Below, piece by piece: positions 1 through 8,728 of a stretch of DNA of 64,000 nt (positions within the stretch are counted from its first letter, which is position 1; every line of letters starts with the position of its first letter). The position numbers were made by a program, and so were the translations under genes. The DNA comes from Alphaproteobacteria bacterium (GTDB lineage: Bacteria; Pseudomonadota; Alphaproteobacteria; UBA8366). Below the pieces are notes generated by a model. It had not been told where the DNA came from. It saw only the letters and a list, made by a program, of their open reading frames with translations, and made no database searches. The stretch covers positions 9,047 to 73,046 of the forward strand of contig JBFFGE010000002.1 of assembly GCA_041557595.1 (NCBI GenBank), given 5' to 3'.

Positions 1-107
1 CTGTATTGAGCAACGAATCCTCGATCGAGAGCCGCAAGAGCTACGGTGGGACGGCGCCGGATCGGGTTCGGGAAGCCATCGAGGCGGCGCGGGAGCGATA
101 TTTGTGA
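1..107 (+). CDS. argH: argininosuccinate lyase, 3' end only (gene runs off the window start)
   Basis: The frame is open from the window edge to TGA at 105-107. The tail ...SIESRKSYGGTAPDRVREAIEAARERYL resembles ArgH C-termini, and the position upstream of lysA is typical. Confidence 0.55.
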   Translation, partial: VLSNESSIESRKSYGGTAPDRVREAIEAARERYL

Positions 108-244
108 TGCCAAACCCAAGGAAGTTATTGGTCGGAGCGCTTGCCCTGGCGCTGGTCCTGTCGGTCGCGGCCTGCGGCAAGAAGGGGCCGCCGAAGCCGC
201 CGGGCCAGAATGAGTATCCCCGGCAATACCCGGCGCCGCTATGA
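107..244 (+). CDS. lptM: small lipoprotein, LptM/YifL-like (45 aa, below the ORF-track cut-off)
   Basis: ATG at 107 overlaps the argH stop, and TGA at 242-244 overlaps the lysA ATG. The product MPNPRKLLVGALALALVLSVAACGKKGPPKPP... has a signal peptide, a lipobox Cys and a CGKKGP motif. Confidence 0.65.
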   Translation: MPNPRKLLVGALALALVLSVAACGKKGPPKPPGQNEYPRQYPAPL

Positions 245-1530
245 ACCATTTCGAGTACCGCGCGGGCGCCCTGCACGCCGAAGGCGTGTCGCTGGCCGAC
301 ATTGCCGAGGCGGTGGGCACGCCGTTCTATTGCTATTCGACGGCTACGCTGGAGCGGCACTACCGCGTCTTGACGCAGGCGCTGGAGGGGCTGGACACCA
401 TGATCTGCTATTCGGTGAAGGCCAATTCGAACCTCGCCGTGATCCGGACCCTGGCAGAATTGGGGGCGGGCGCCGATGTGGTGTCGGGCGGCGAATTGCT
501 GCGGGCGCTGGCCGCCGGCATCCCGCCGGAGCGGATCGTCTTTTCCGGCGTCGGCAAGACCGAAGAAGAGCTCGCCCTGGCGCTCGACCGGCAGATTCAT
601 CAGGTAAACGTCGAATCGGTGCCCGAGCTCGAATCCCTGTCGGCGCTGGCCGTCGCGCGCAAGGCGACGATGGCGGTCGCGGTGCGGGTCAATCCCGATG
701 TCGATGCGGAAACCCACGACAAGATTGCGACCGGCCGCAGCGAAGACAAATTCGGGGTCGATATCGAGGACGCGGCGGCGGTGTTCGCCCGCGCCGCCGA
801 ATTGCCGGGCGTCACGCCGGTGTCCGTCGCCGTGCATATCGGCTCGCAACTGACCGATTTGCGGCCCTTCCGGGCGGCCTTCGAGCGGGTCGCCGATTTG
901 GTGGGGGTCTTGCGGGACGCCGGACACGACATCCGCCGGCTGGACCTCGGCGGCGGGCTCGGCATTCCGTATCACGGGGAGGTGCCGCCCTCGCCGGACG
1001 AATATGCTTCGATGGTGCGTGAAACGCTGGGCGATTTGGACTGTACGCTGATGTTCGAGCCCGGACGGATGCTGGTCGGCAATGCGGGCCTGCTGGTCAG
1101 CCGGGTGATCTATGTGAAACAGGGCCGGACGCGGCGCTTCGTCGTGATCGACGCGGCAATGAACGACCTGATCCGGCCGACGCTGTACGATGCGTATCAT
1201 GGTGTGCTGCCGGTTCGCCAGGCGGGCGAGAACGCGGCCCTCGAGCCCGCGGATATCGTCGGGCCGGTGTGCGAGACCGGCGATACCTTCGCCCAGAAGC
1301 GGCCGCTGCCGCCGCTTGTCACGGGAGATTTATTGGCATTTTCCTCCGCGGGAGCGTACGGTGCGGTAATGGCTTCAAGCTATAACTCGCGTCTGCTGGT
1401 ACCGGAGGTGTTGGTGAACGGAGAGACCTATAGCGTCGTGCGCGCACGACCGACCTACGAAGACCTCTTGGCGCTGGACAGCTTCGCTGCCTGGCAGGAC
1501 GAGGCTGCGATTCGACGGCGGCGGGCCTGA
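241..1530 (+). CDS. lysA: diaminopimelate decarboxylase
   Basis: The 429-aa ORF has the typical LysA N-terminus (GTPFYCYS) and an Orn/DAP/Arg decarboxylase fold-type III pattern throughout. Confidence 0.95.
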   Translation: MNHFEYRAGALHAEGVSLADIAEAVGTPFYCYSTATLERHYRVLTQALEGLDTMICYSVKANSNLAVIRTLAELGAGADVVSGGELLRALAAGIPPERIVFSGVGKTEEELALALDRQIHQVNVESVPELESLSALAVARKATMAVAVRVNPDVDAETHDKIATGRSEDKFGVDIEDAAAVFARAAELPGVTPVSVAVHIGSQLTDLRPFRAAFERVADLVGVLRDAGHDIRRLDLGGGLGIPYHGEVPPSPDEYASMVRETLGDLDCTLMFEPGRMLVGNAGLLVSRVIYVKQGRTRRFVVIDAAMNDLIRPTLYDAYHGVLPVRQAGENAALEPADIVGPVCETGDTFAQKRPLPPLVTGDLLAFSSAGAYGAVMASSYNSRLLVPEVLVNGETYSVVRARPTYEDLLALDSFAAWQDEAAIRRRRA

Positions 1531-4094
1531 TGGGCTGGCGCGTCCCAAAACGCAAGAAATCCGGCAGGACCGTTGCAGTCTGGCGGATCGCAAGTGCCTG
1601 GCTGGCGCTTGCCTGGGAACGGGTATGGCCCGCCCTGTGGCCGGCGGTGGGCGCCGCCGGCGCGTATATGCTGCTGGCGCTGACCGATATACTGCCGCTG
1701 ATTGCCGGATGGCTGCACGCACTTATTCTGGCGGCGTTCGCCGCTGCCGTTCTGGGCCTCGGCTGGCGGCAGCTGCGTCGTCTACGGCTGCCGGACCGCG
1801 GCGCGACCTTGCGGCGCCTGGAAAGGGCCAACGATCTGCGGCATCGGCCCCTGGACGCGGTTTCCGATCGATTGGAGGCCGGCGCCGCCAACGACGAGAC
1901 CCGCAGGCTGTGGGAACTGCATCAGGAACGCATGCGGGCGACCGTATCCCGCCTCCGCATCGGCTGGCCCTCGCCGGGTCTCATCCGACGCGATCCGTTT
2001 GCGTTGCGGATCGTGCTCGGCATTGCGCTTACGGTTGGGTTGATCGTCGCCGACGATCCCATCGACCGGGTTGCGCGGGCCTTCACGCCCGATCTGACAC
2101 GTGTGGCCGCGAGCAGCCCTGCCAAACTGGATGCCTGGATCACACCGCCGGAATATACCCGCGCCGCACCGATCTTCCTGGCGTCCGGCGGTGGCGACGG
2201 CGCGGTCCCGGCCGAGCAGACGACAATCACGATACCGTTCGGCAGCATGCTGGTGGCGCGCGTCAGCGGCGGCGCCGGGACGCCGGAACTCACGGGCGAC
2301 GGCAGCAGCGTTGGATTCGAAACGCAGGTCCCCGGCAGTTTTCAACTCGAACATAAATTGCTCGTAGATGGCGATTTGTCGATCCGGCAGGGTCGGCGCA
2401 CGCTCGGCCGCTGGAAGGTTGCGGTAACGCCGGACAATCCGCCGGCGGTGACATTTTCCCGCCCGCCGTCGCGGACGCGACGCAATGCGATGCGCCTCGA
2501 ATTCGAAGCGACCGACGACTACGGCGTCGAAAAAGTGATCGCCCGGATCAGCCGGTCGGGCGCCGTTCCGGCGGAATCGGCGCTGGCGAAGTTCGAACCG
2601 ATCGAGATTGATCTGCCCTTGCCGGGTCTGCAGCTCCGGAAGATCAAATCGACGAGCTATAACGATCTGACCGCCCATCCCTGGGCCGGATTGCCGGTCA
2701 ATCTGGTGCTGACCGCGAGCGACGCCGCCGGTCAGACCGGCAGTAGCAAGACGATCCAGATGGTGTTGCCGGAACGCGCCTTCACGCATCCGGTCGCGCG
2801 GGCGATTATCGGACACCGTCGGCAACTGGCGCTCTATCCGGAACAGAACCGCAACCGCGTGGGGGCCCAACTCGAACAGCTGGCCTGGGAGTATGAGGAA
2901 TATAACGGGGATACGGTGGTGTTCCTCGGCCTGTCCACGGTCGCCCGCCGGCTCGAAAACGAAAAACTGGATACCCCGCAGAAATTGCTCGGCGTGCTCC
3001 AGCTTCTCTGGAATGTGGCGTTGCGCATCGAAGATGGCAATTTGTCGCTGAGCGAACGCGCCTTGCGCGACGTGCAACAGGCGCTGCAGGACGCGCTGTC
3101 GAAGAAGACGACGGATGCGGAAATCGAGCGATTGCTGAAGGAATTCGAACGCGCCCTCGGCGAATATCTCAACGCGCTGGAAGAAAAGATGCGCTCGATG
3201 CCGCAGCAGCGGGCGGAGAATATGCCGCCGGACGCGCGTGTCCAAATGCTGCGCCGCGAGGATATCAAAAAGATGCTCGATCGAATTCGCGAATTGTCAC
3301 GCAGCGGTCAGCGGGACGCCGCGCGGCAAATGCTGTCGCAGCTCCGGAATATGCTGGAGAACCTGCGCACGCGCCAAATGGCGCGCCCCGGCGGAACGCA
3401 GCGCCGTGCGATGAAAATGCTCAACGAATTGCAGGACATCATCCGACAGCAGCAAGGTTTGCTCGACCGCACCTTCAAGGAAGCGCAGCGTCGGGGTCAG
3501 ATGCGCGGTTCGACACCGAACAATCCGATGCTCCGCCTGCCGCCGAACTTTCTCCCGCCCGGCGCCGGCCGCCCGCCGGAGGACGGCAAGCAATCGCCGC
3601 CTCCGATGGCGAAGGAATCGGAATCCCAGGAAAGCCTGCGCCGTCGACTCGGGGAAATTATGCGGCAATTGGGAGAAATGACGAAATCGATACCGCGCGC
3701 GCTTGGCCGTGCGGAACGCTCTATGAACGAGTCCACCAAGCAGTTGGGGACCGGACAGGCGGGACAGGCCGTGCCGCCGCAGACGCGCGCCATCGATCAG
3801 TTGCAACAGGGCGCCCGCTCGGCGACCGAACAGTTGATGCGTCAGCTGGGGCGCGGGCAACGGCCGGGCGAAGGCAGCGAACCGTTTGGCCATTCGCGCC
3901 GGTCACAGGATCCGTTCGGCCGCGATGTCGACAAGACCGGGCGCAGCGCCAATACCAACGATGTCAAAATTCCGGATGAAGACAGCGTCCAGGGGTCGCG
4001 CCGCATCCGCGACGAGTTGCGCCGCCGTGCCGGCGAGTATCAGCGTCCGAAGCTCGAACGCGACTATATTGATCGTTTGCTGAAACAGTTTTAG
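1530..4094 (+). CDS. TIGR02302/DUF4175 family membrane protein
   Basis: The 854-aa ORF has an N-terminal multi-TM segment and a long low-complexity Q/R/E-rich C-terminus. It sits in the canonical alphaproteobacterial position just after lysA, with an ATGA overlap. Confidence 0.8.
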   Translation: MGWRVPKRKKSGRTVAVWRIASAWLALAWERVWPALWPAVGAAGAYMLLALTDILPLIAGWLHALILAAFAAAVLGLGWRQLRRLRLPDRGATLRRLERANDLRHRPLDAVSDRLEAGAANDETRRLWELHQERMRATVSRLRIGWPSPGLIRRDPFALRIVLGIALTVGLIVADDPIDRVARAFTPDLTRVAASSPAKLDAWITPPEYTRAAPIFLASGGGDGAVPAEQTTITIPFGSMLVARVSGGAGTPELTGDGSSVGFETQVPGSFQLEHKLLVDGDLSIRQGRRTLGRWKVAVTPDNPPAVTFSRPPSRTRRNAMRLEFEATDDYGVEKVIARISRSGAVPAESALAKFEPIEIDLPLPGLQLRKIKSTSYNDLTAHPWAGLPVNLVLTASDAAGQTGSSKTIQMVLPERAFTHPVARAIIGHRRQLALYPEQNRNRVGAQLEQLAWEYEEYNGDTVVFLGLSTVARRLENEKLDTPQKLLGVLQLLWNVALRIEDGNLSLSERALRDVQQALQDALSKKTTDAEIERLLKEFERALGEYLNALEEKMRSMPQQRAENMPPDARVQMLRREDIKKMLDRIRELSRSGQRDAARQMLSQLRNMLENLRTRQMARPGGTQRRAMKMLNELQDIIRQQQGLLDRTFKEAQRRGQMRGSTPNNPMLRLPPNFLPPGAGRPPEDGKQSPPPMAKESESQESLRRRLGEIMRQLGEMTKSIPRALGRAERSMNESTKQLGTGQAGQAVPPQTRAIDQLQQGARSATEQLMRQLGRGQRPGEGSEPFGHSRRSQDPFGRDVDKTGRSANTNDVKIPDEDSVQGSRRIRDELRRRAGEYQRPKLERDYIDRLLKQF

Positions 4095-4197
4095 AGCGAA
4101 CCCTAAGCGAACCGAAACGGTTCGCGACGGCGTATTTGCGTAAAGACCAAGAGATAGACCATTTTATATGAGTCAATTTAGACAAGAAATGGTCTAG
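4092..4197 (+). repeat. intergenic repeat family 1, copy A (about 105 nt, two conserved hairpins)
   Basis: This copy aligns by eye over about 105 nt with the reverse complements of 28762-28866 and 39276-39381. It contains GCGAACCG-AAA-CGGTTCGC and AGACCATTT...AAATGGTCT. Its first three nt are the TAG stop of the upstream gene. Confidence 0.85.
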
Positions 4198-4220
4198 CCT
4201 GCGCCGTCCCCCTGGAGAGG

Positions 4221-5453
4221 CTATTGATGCCGCTGTATTACCGGCGCCTTGGGCATTGCGTCGTCCGGCAGCGGCTTGTTTGCGATCCCCGTTTCGCCCG
4301 GGCGGGTGAAGGTGATATCGAGCTTTTGCGCGGTGCCCGGCGGATTGCGAAATTCCGTCTTGTATCCGACCAATTCGCCGGGTGCGATTTTTGTCTGGTC
4401 CGCGCGGAACGTCCAGACATGCAACTCCGAACCATCCTTGCCGAGCAACGCGCCGCGCATCAGCGGCAGTGAAAGCGGCCGGTTGGAGGTGTTGCGGATC
4501 TCGCCTTCGACGACCAGAACCTCGTCATTTCCCTTGATCTTCTTCTTCGGTTTGGGCTCGATAATCTGCAACCCGGTGCCGAGGATATCGGGCTGCAATC
4601 CAACCATCGCATAGACCGAGTTCGACCAGGGCAACCAAGTGACGATGGTGTTCTGGAACATGAAGGCGGCGGCGCCAAGGGCGCCGACAAAGAGAATCAA
4701 GGCGAAGAGCGATAGGGTCGCCGCGCGGCCGCTATTGCGGCGCGGGGGCGGCGCGGTGTTTCGGGTGCCCAGAGCGTCCGGCGATGCGATGGGCGGCGGC
4801 GGGAATCCATCCATGGCGGCATCCGCCGACGGCGCCGATATCTGTGCCTCGGCCATGGACGGCGGCGGCATTCCGACCGGCGGCGGATCCGCCAGCGCCT
4901 GCGCGATCGCGTCCGTTTCGTCGGTAGCGCCGGGGGCCGGCTGCTCGGTGTCAGCCGCCGGGTCCTGGGCCAATTCGGGAAACGGTTCCGCCGGCATTTC
5001 GGGCGGCGTTCCGGATGCAGCAAACTCCGCGGCGATATTTCGGCCGCGCGCGGGAGGATCGGCCTCCACGGCCGCGTCGGGGGCGAACGGCGGCGCCGGA
5101 TCGGCGGCGAGGGGCGCGGGATCCGAGTGGAACGGCGGATCCTCCGGCTGTTCGGGTTCGGGCGTCGGGGCGGCTGCGACCATCGGCTCGGCGGGCGGCG
5201 GCGCCGCATCGAATTCAGGCATCGCGGGTGGCGCAGGCGGCGGTTCGGCGGCGAATGGCGGCGGCGGGATTTCCGGTTCGGCCGGCGGCGGCGCCTGTTC
5301 CTGGACGGGAAGGTCGGCGTCGGTCGCCGCGCCGTCCGGCTTGGCAAGCCATTGATGGCTGCATTTGCTGCACCTGACGGTGCGGCCGTCGGCGCCAAGC
5401 GCGTTCGGGTCTACATTGAAGCTGGCTTCGCAGCCCGGGCAAGTAATAATCAT
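4221..5453 (-). CDS. MJ0042-type zinc-ribbon protein with Pro-rich linker, one TM and a DUF3426-like C-terminus
   Basis: The N-terminus MIITCPGCEASFNV...RCSKCSHQW is a CPxC...CxxC zinc ribbon. It is followed by a long PA-rich region, a TM helix and a C-terminal beta-rich domain. It is divergent from ftsE, as in many alphaproteobacteria. Confidence 0.8.
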   Translation of the reverse strand: MIITCPGCEASFNVDPNALGADGRTVRCSKCSHQWLAKPDGAATDADLPVQEQAPPPAEPEIPPPPFAAEPPPAPPAMPEFDAAPPPAEPMVAAAPTPEPEQPEDPPFHSDPAPLAADPAPPFAPDAAVEADPPARGRNIAAEFAASGTPPEMPAEPFPELAQDPAADTEQPAPGATDETDAIAQALADPPPVGMPPPSMAEAQISAPSADAAMDGFPPPPIASPDALGTRNTAPPPRRNSGRAATLSLFALILFVGALGAAAFMFQNTIVTWLPWSNSVYAMVGLQPDILGTGLQIIEPKPKKKIKGNDEVLVVEGEIRNTSNRPLSLPLMRGALLGKDGSELHVWTFRADQTKIAPGELVGYKTEFRNPPGTAQKLDITFTRPGETGIANKPLPDDAMPKAPVIQRHQ

Positions 5454-5654
5454 CTTATGTAAACTGCGAACCTTGAATGGTAATATAACGACATCGTCGC
5501 GATTCTAAGGGGTCGGGAGTCCGGTTGCAACAACGGTGGTGCTTTACGCACGGCATTGTCCATGCCATGTTGCCGACCCAGAGCGCTCGGAAAATTCGGC
5601 CCCTATCGAGGGCACGAGACCAGTGATTTCCTAATTCGGGACACGGCATAGACG

Positions 5655-6329
5655 GTGGTTCGTTTCGAAAACGTGGGCATGCGCTATGGAGCTGGTCCAG
5701 AGGTATTGAGCGATATCAACTTTACGCTGGAACCCGGATCGTTCCATTTCGTGACCGGACCCAGCGGGGCGGGCAAGTCCACTTTGCTCAAGCTGCTGTA
5801 CTTGGCATGTCGACCGAGCCGCGGTTTCGTGAATCTGTTCGGCCGCGAAGTGACAAAAATTCCCTCCCATGAGTTGCCGCAATTGCGCCGCCGGATCGGC
5901 GTCGTGTTCCAGGATTTCCGCCTGGTCGCCCATCTTTCGGCCTTCGATAATGTCGCCCTGCCGCTACGCGTTTCCGGCGGCCGGGAAGAGGTGATCCAGA
6001 AGCACGTTACGGAATTGTTGTCGTGGGTCGGGCTTGCCGATCATCTGAACGCCCGGCCGCCGACCCTGTCGGGCGGTCAGCAGCAACGGGTCGCGATCGC
6101 CCGCGCGGTCATCGCGCATCCGAATCTGTTGCTGGCGGACGAACCGACCGGCAATGTCGACGACACGATTGCCGTGCGCCTGCTCTATCTGTTCGAGGAA
6201 TTGAACCGGATGGGGACCACGGTCATCATCGCGACCCATAATGAGAGCCTGGTATCGCGGTTTTCGCATCCGGTCCTGCACCTGGAGGATGGGGTGCTGG
6301 AGCTCAGAGGGGCAATGGCGTCGTCGTGA
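5655..6329 (+). CDS. ftsE: cell division ATP-binding protein FtsE
   Basis: The ORF carries Walker A (GPSGAGKST), the LSGGQQQR signature and Walker B (LLLADEP). It is followed by ftsX with an ATGA overlap. Confidence 0.92.
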   Translation: MVRFENVGMRYGAGPEVLSDINFTLEPGSFHFVTGPSGAGKSTLLKLLYLACRPSRGFVNLFGREVTKIPSHELPQLRRRIGVVFQDFRLVAHLSAFDNVALPLRVSGGREEVIQKHVTELLSWVGLADHLNARPPTLSGGQQQRVAIARAVIAHPNLLLADEPTGNVDDTIAVRLLYLFEELNRMGTTVIIATHNESLVSRFSHPVLHLEDGVLELRGAMASS

Positions 6330-7216
6330 TGGTTCGGAGCCAAGATGTCCTGCCTTTTGCCAAAGAATCCACCACGCGCCTCCTGCCGTGGATCGTCGGG
6401 GTAATGGTCTACCTCGCGGCGGTGATGATGGCCGGCGCAATGCTGCTGGCGGGCGTTGCGGCCGATTGGAATCGCGATCTCACGGGCAGCTTCACGGTGC
6501 AGATTCCGCCGGCGGAGAAGAAATCGGACGGCAGCGAAAAGGCGCGGGTCGACCGGGTGATCAAGCTGCTTCGCGAAACGCCGGGCATTCTCAAGGTGAA
6601 GGCGATACCGGCCAAGGAAACGGCGCAGTCCCTGGAACCATGGCTGGGTGCCAATTTCGATGCCGACGATTTGCCCTTGCCGCGGGTCGTCGACGTCACG
6701 CTCGACCGCACCAAGACAATCGATTTGACTGCCGTCGGCGAAAAATTGCAGGAAGCGGTGCCGGGCGCCGGTCTGGACAGCCATGAATATTCGCGGGACC
6801 AAATTCTGTCGCTCGTTCATGCCCTCGGCGCGCTGGCGGCGGTGGTGATCGCGTTGATCGGCGGGACCTGCGTCAGCGCGGTGGTGTTCGCGACGCGCGG
6901 CGGTGTGGCGGTTCACAAGGAAGTCATCGAGGTCTTGCATCTTATCGGCGCCACGGACGACTATATCGCCCGGCAATTTCAACGGCAGGCCTTTCGCATC
7001 GCCCTGATCGGCAGCCTTTTCGGCGCCATCGTGGCCGTGCTGACGTTGTTTGCGATTGCGCGGTTCGTGACCGGGCTGGACGCGGTTTTGCTGCCGACAC
7101 CGCAGCTGGCATTCTGGCAATGGTGCGTGTTGGCGCTGGTTCCCTTGTTTGCCAGCTTTATCGTCACCTCCGCCACGCGCCGGACCGTTCTGCGCACCCT
7201 CCGGCAGATGCTGTAG
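6326..7216 (+). CDS. ftsX: cell division permease-like protein FtsX
   Basis: The 296-aa ORF has an N-terminal TM, a periplasmic loop and three C-terminal TM segments. It is translationally coupled to ftsE. Confidence 0.85.
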   Translation: MMVRSQDVLPFAKESTTRLLPWIVGVMVYLAAVMMAGAMLLAGVAADWNRDLTGSFTVQIPPAEKKSDGSEKARVDRVIKLLRETPGILKVKAIPAKETAQSLEPWLGANFDADDLPLPRVVDVTLDRTKTIDLTAVGEKLQEAVPGAGLDSHEYSRDQILSLVHALGALAAVVIALIGGTCVSAVVFATRGGVAVHKEVIEVLHLIGATDDYIARQFQRQAFRIALIGSLFGAIVAVLTLFAIARFVTGLDAVLLPTPQLAFWQWCVLALVPLFASFIVTSATRRTVLRTLRQML

Positions 7217-7300
7217 CCTTGCGCCAGCGATTTACAGTTTCCCTGTGTTTGAAACGGCGGACCGTGCCCGGCGCCTGCGGCAGCGTTCGGCGATAGTCGG

Positions 7301-7906
7301 ATGCGGCGCGGCAATATCCGGTTTCGAATCCTCGCGATTGCGCTGACCGCGTCGATCGTCGCCTGGCTGGCCGGGCTCCCCTATTTTGCGGCCGGTATTC
7401 CGCGCGAGCCGACGCGCGCGCTGGAAAAAGTGGACGCCATTGTCGTGCTGACCGGCGGCACGCTGAGGCTGGAGCGCGGGCTCGAACTGCTCGGACGCCA
7501 GATGGGGAAAAAGCTGTTCGTTTCCGGCGTGCACAGCGGCGTCGACGTGCAGCAGCTGTTGCGCCTGTCGCGTCAATCGCCGCAGGCGCTGGATTGCTGC
7601 ATTGCCCTCGGCTACAGCGCCGATCATACCGCCGGCAATGCGGCGGAAACGGCGGACTGGTTGCGCAAGCAAGGCTATCGATCATTTTATCTGGTCACCG
7701 CCAGCTATCACATGCCACGCAGTCTGGTGGAATTTCGAGCGCGCATGCCGGCATTGCGAATGCTGCCCTATCCGGTGTTCCCGGCGCACGTCAAGCTGGA
7801 GGAGTGGTGGCGCTGGCCCGGTACGGCGAGTTTGATCGTCGGCGAATATAATAAGTATCTACTGGCCATTCTGCGCCATGAACTTGACAATATATTGGGT
7901 GGGTAA
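7301..7906 (+). CDS. YdcF/ElyC/SanA family (DUF218) protein
   Basis: The 201-aa ORF has an N-terminal TM and the DUF218-like pattern (DAIVVLTGG...SGV...TADN..E). Confidence 0.75.
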   Translation: MRRGNIRFRILAIALTASIVAWLAGLPYFAAGIPREPTRALEKVDAIVVLTGGTLRLERGLELLGRQMGKKLFVSGVHSGVDVQQLLRLSRQSPQALDCCIALGYSADHTAGNAAETADWLRKQGYRSFYLVTASYHMPRSLVEFRARMPALRMLPYPVFPAHVKLEEWWRWPGTASLIVGEYNKYLLAILRHELDNILGG

Positions 7907-7913
7907 ACGATCG

Positions 7914-8645
7914 ATGGATACAGCCAGGTCGCTCGCGTTTTCCGTGATTTTCTATGGGTGGTCGACGATACTCAGCCCGTTGTATGTGCCGCTATTGCTA
8001 CTGCCGCGCCGGATGTTCTGGTTCATGGCGTGGGTTTGGGTCCGCTCCTGCATCGTCATCGCCCAGGTCGTTGCCGGCATCGATTATGAAGTCCGCGGCC
8101 AGGAGAATTTGCCCGAAGGGGCGTTCATCGTCGCGTCGAAACATCAATCGGCGTGGGACACGCTGATCTACAATAAATTGTTCGAGGACTGCTCCTACGT
8201 CCTCAAGCGGGAGCTGTTCTGGTTTCCCTGTTTCGGGTGGTTCCTCTGGAAGGTCGGCATGATCGGTATCGACCGCAGCGGCGGCGCCAGCGCCCTCAAG
8301 GGAATGGTGCGTCAGGCGCGCCACTGGCTCGCCGCCGGGCGGGTGATCATCATCTTTCCGCAGGGAACCCGCACGAACCCGGGGGCCAAGAGGCCGTATC
8401 TGCCGGGAGTCGCCGCGCTCTACATGCAGTGCGACGTGCCTGTCGTGCCTGTGGCCCTGAATTCCGGCCAATTCTGGCCGCGGCGCCAGGTTGCCAAGCG
8501 GTCCGGAACGATCGTCGTCGAGTATTTGCCGCCGATCCAGCCCGGGCTCAGCCGGCGCGAATTCATGGCGACGCTCGAGGAGCGTATCGAGACGGCGAAT
8601 CGCCGAATCGAAGCGGAAGGCGCGGCGCAGCTTGCCGGCCGGTAG
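7914..8645 (+). CDS. plsC: 1-acyl-sn-glycerol-3-phosphate (lysophospholipid) acyltransferase
   Basis: The acyltransferase motifs (SKHQSAWD, FPQGTR) are present. I chose the ATG at 7914 inside ORF 7878-8645 to avoid overlap with the upstream gene. Confidence 0.85.
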   Translation: MDTARSLAFSVIFYGWSTILSPLYVPLLLLPRRMFWFMAWVWVRSCIVIAQVVAGIDYEVRGQENLPEGAFIVASKHQSAWDTLIYNKLFEDCSYVLKRELFWFPCFGWFLWKVGMIGIDRSGGASALKGMVRQARHWLAAGRVIIIFPQGTRTNPGAKRPYLPGVAALYMQCDVPVVPVALNSGQFWPRRQVAKRSGTIVVEYLPPIQPGLSRREFMATLEERIETANRRIEAEGAAQLAGR

Positions 8646-8679
8646 CCGCGCGAATACGAGAACAATAGAAGAACATTCA

Positions 8680-8708
8680 TTGACCTGAAGCGCCCGACGC
8701 ACTAGCTT
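8680..8708 (+). promoter_or_regulatory. putative sigma-70-type promoter of nrdJ (TTGACC-17 nt-TAGCTT)
   Basis: The hexamers were read directly. The spacing is 17 nt and the element lies 20-25 nt upstream of the nrdJ start. Confidence 0.3.
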
Positions 8709-8728
8709 CTACTCAGGGCTACAGGGCA

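Noticed and set aside
1782-3245. Many long ORFs lie antisense to, or out of frame with, well-supported genes. Examples are 1782-3245(-), 9578-11323(-), 12101-13495(-), 15826-16962(-), 35749-37407(-), 43799-44767(-), 51602-54070(+), 55885-57462(+), 61281-62744(-) and 62368-63879(-).
   Set aside because: Their translations are dominated by Arg/Pro/Gly/Ala runs with no recognisable motifs. They overlap genes with clear family signatures. Stop-codon depletion in non-coding frames of high-GC DNA explains them.
4105-4185. A possible small peptide is encoded inside repeat family 1. Copies A and B share the frame LSKL.H.K.SISW.LRKY.VANRFGSL on the strand opposite to the upstream gene.
   Set aside because: There is no start codon or RBS in a consistent position. 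A 1-nt indel in copy C shifts the frame (MKWSISWFPSQIRRREPFRFARDLL). Differences between copies are not biased toward synonymous sites. The conservation is better explained at the DNA or RNA level.
8646-8728. I considered a cobalamin riboswitch upstream of the B12-dependent reductase gene nrdJ.
   Set aside because: The spacer is only 83 nt, which is too short for a cobalamin riboswitch, and no B12-box-like sequence is visible. B12 riboswitches normally control B12-independent isozymes or transport genes, not nrdJ.
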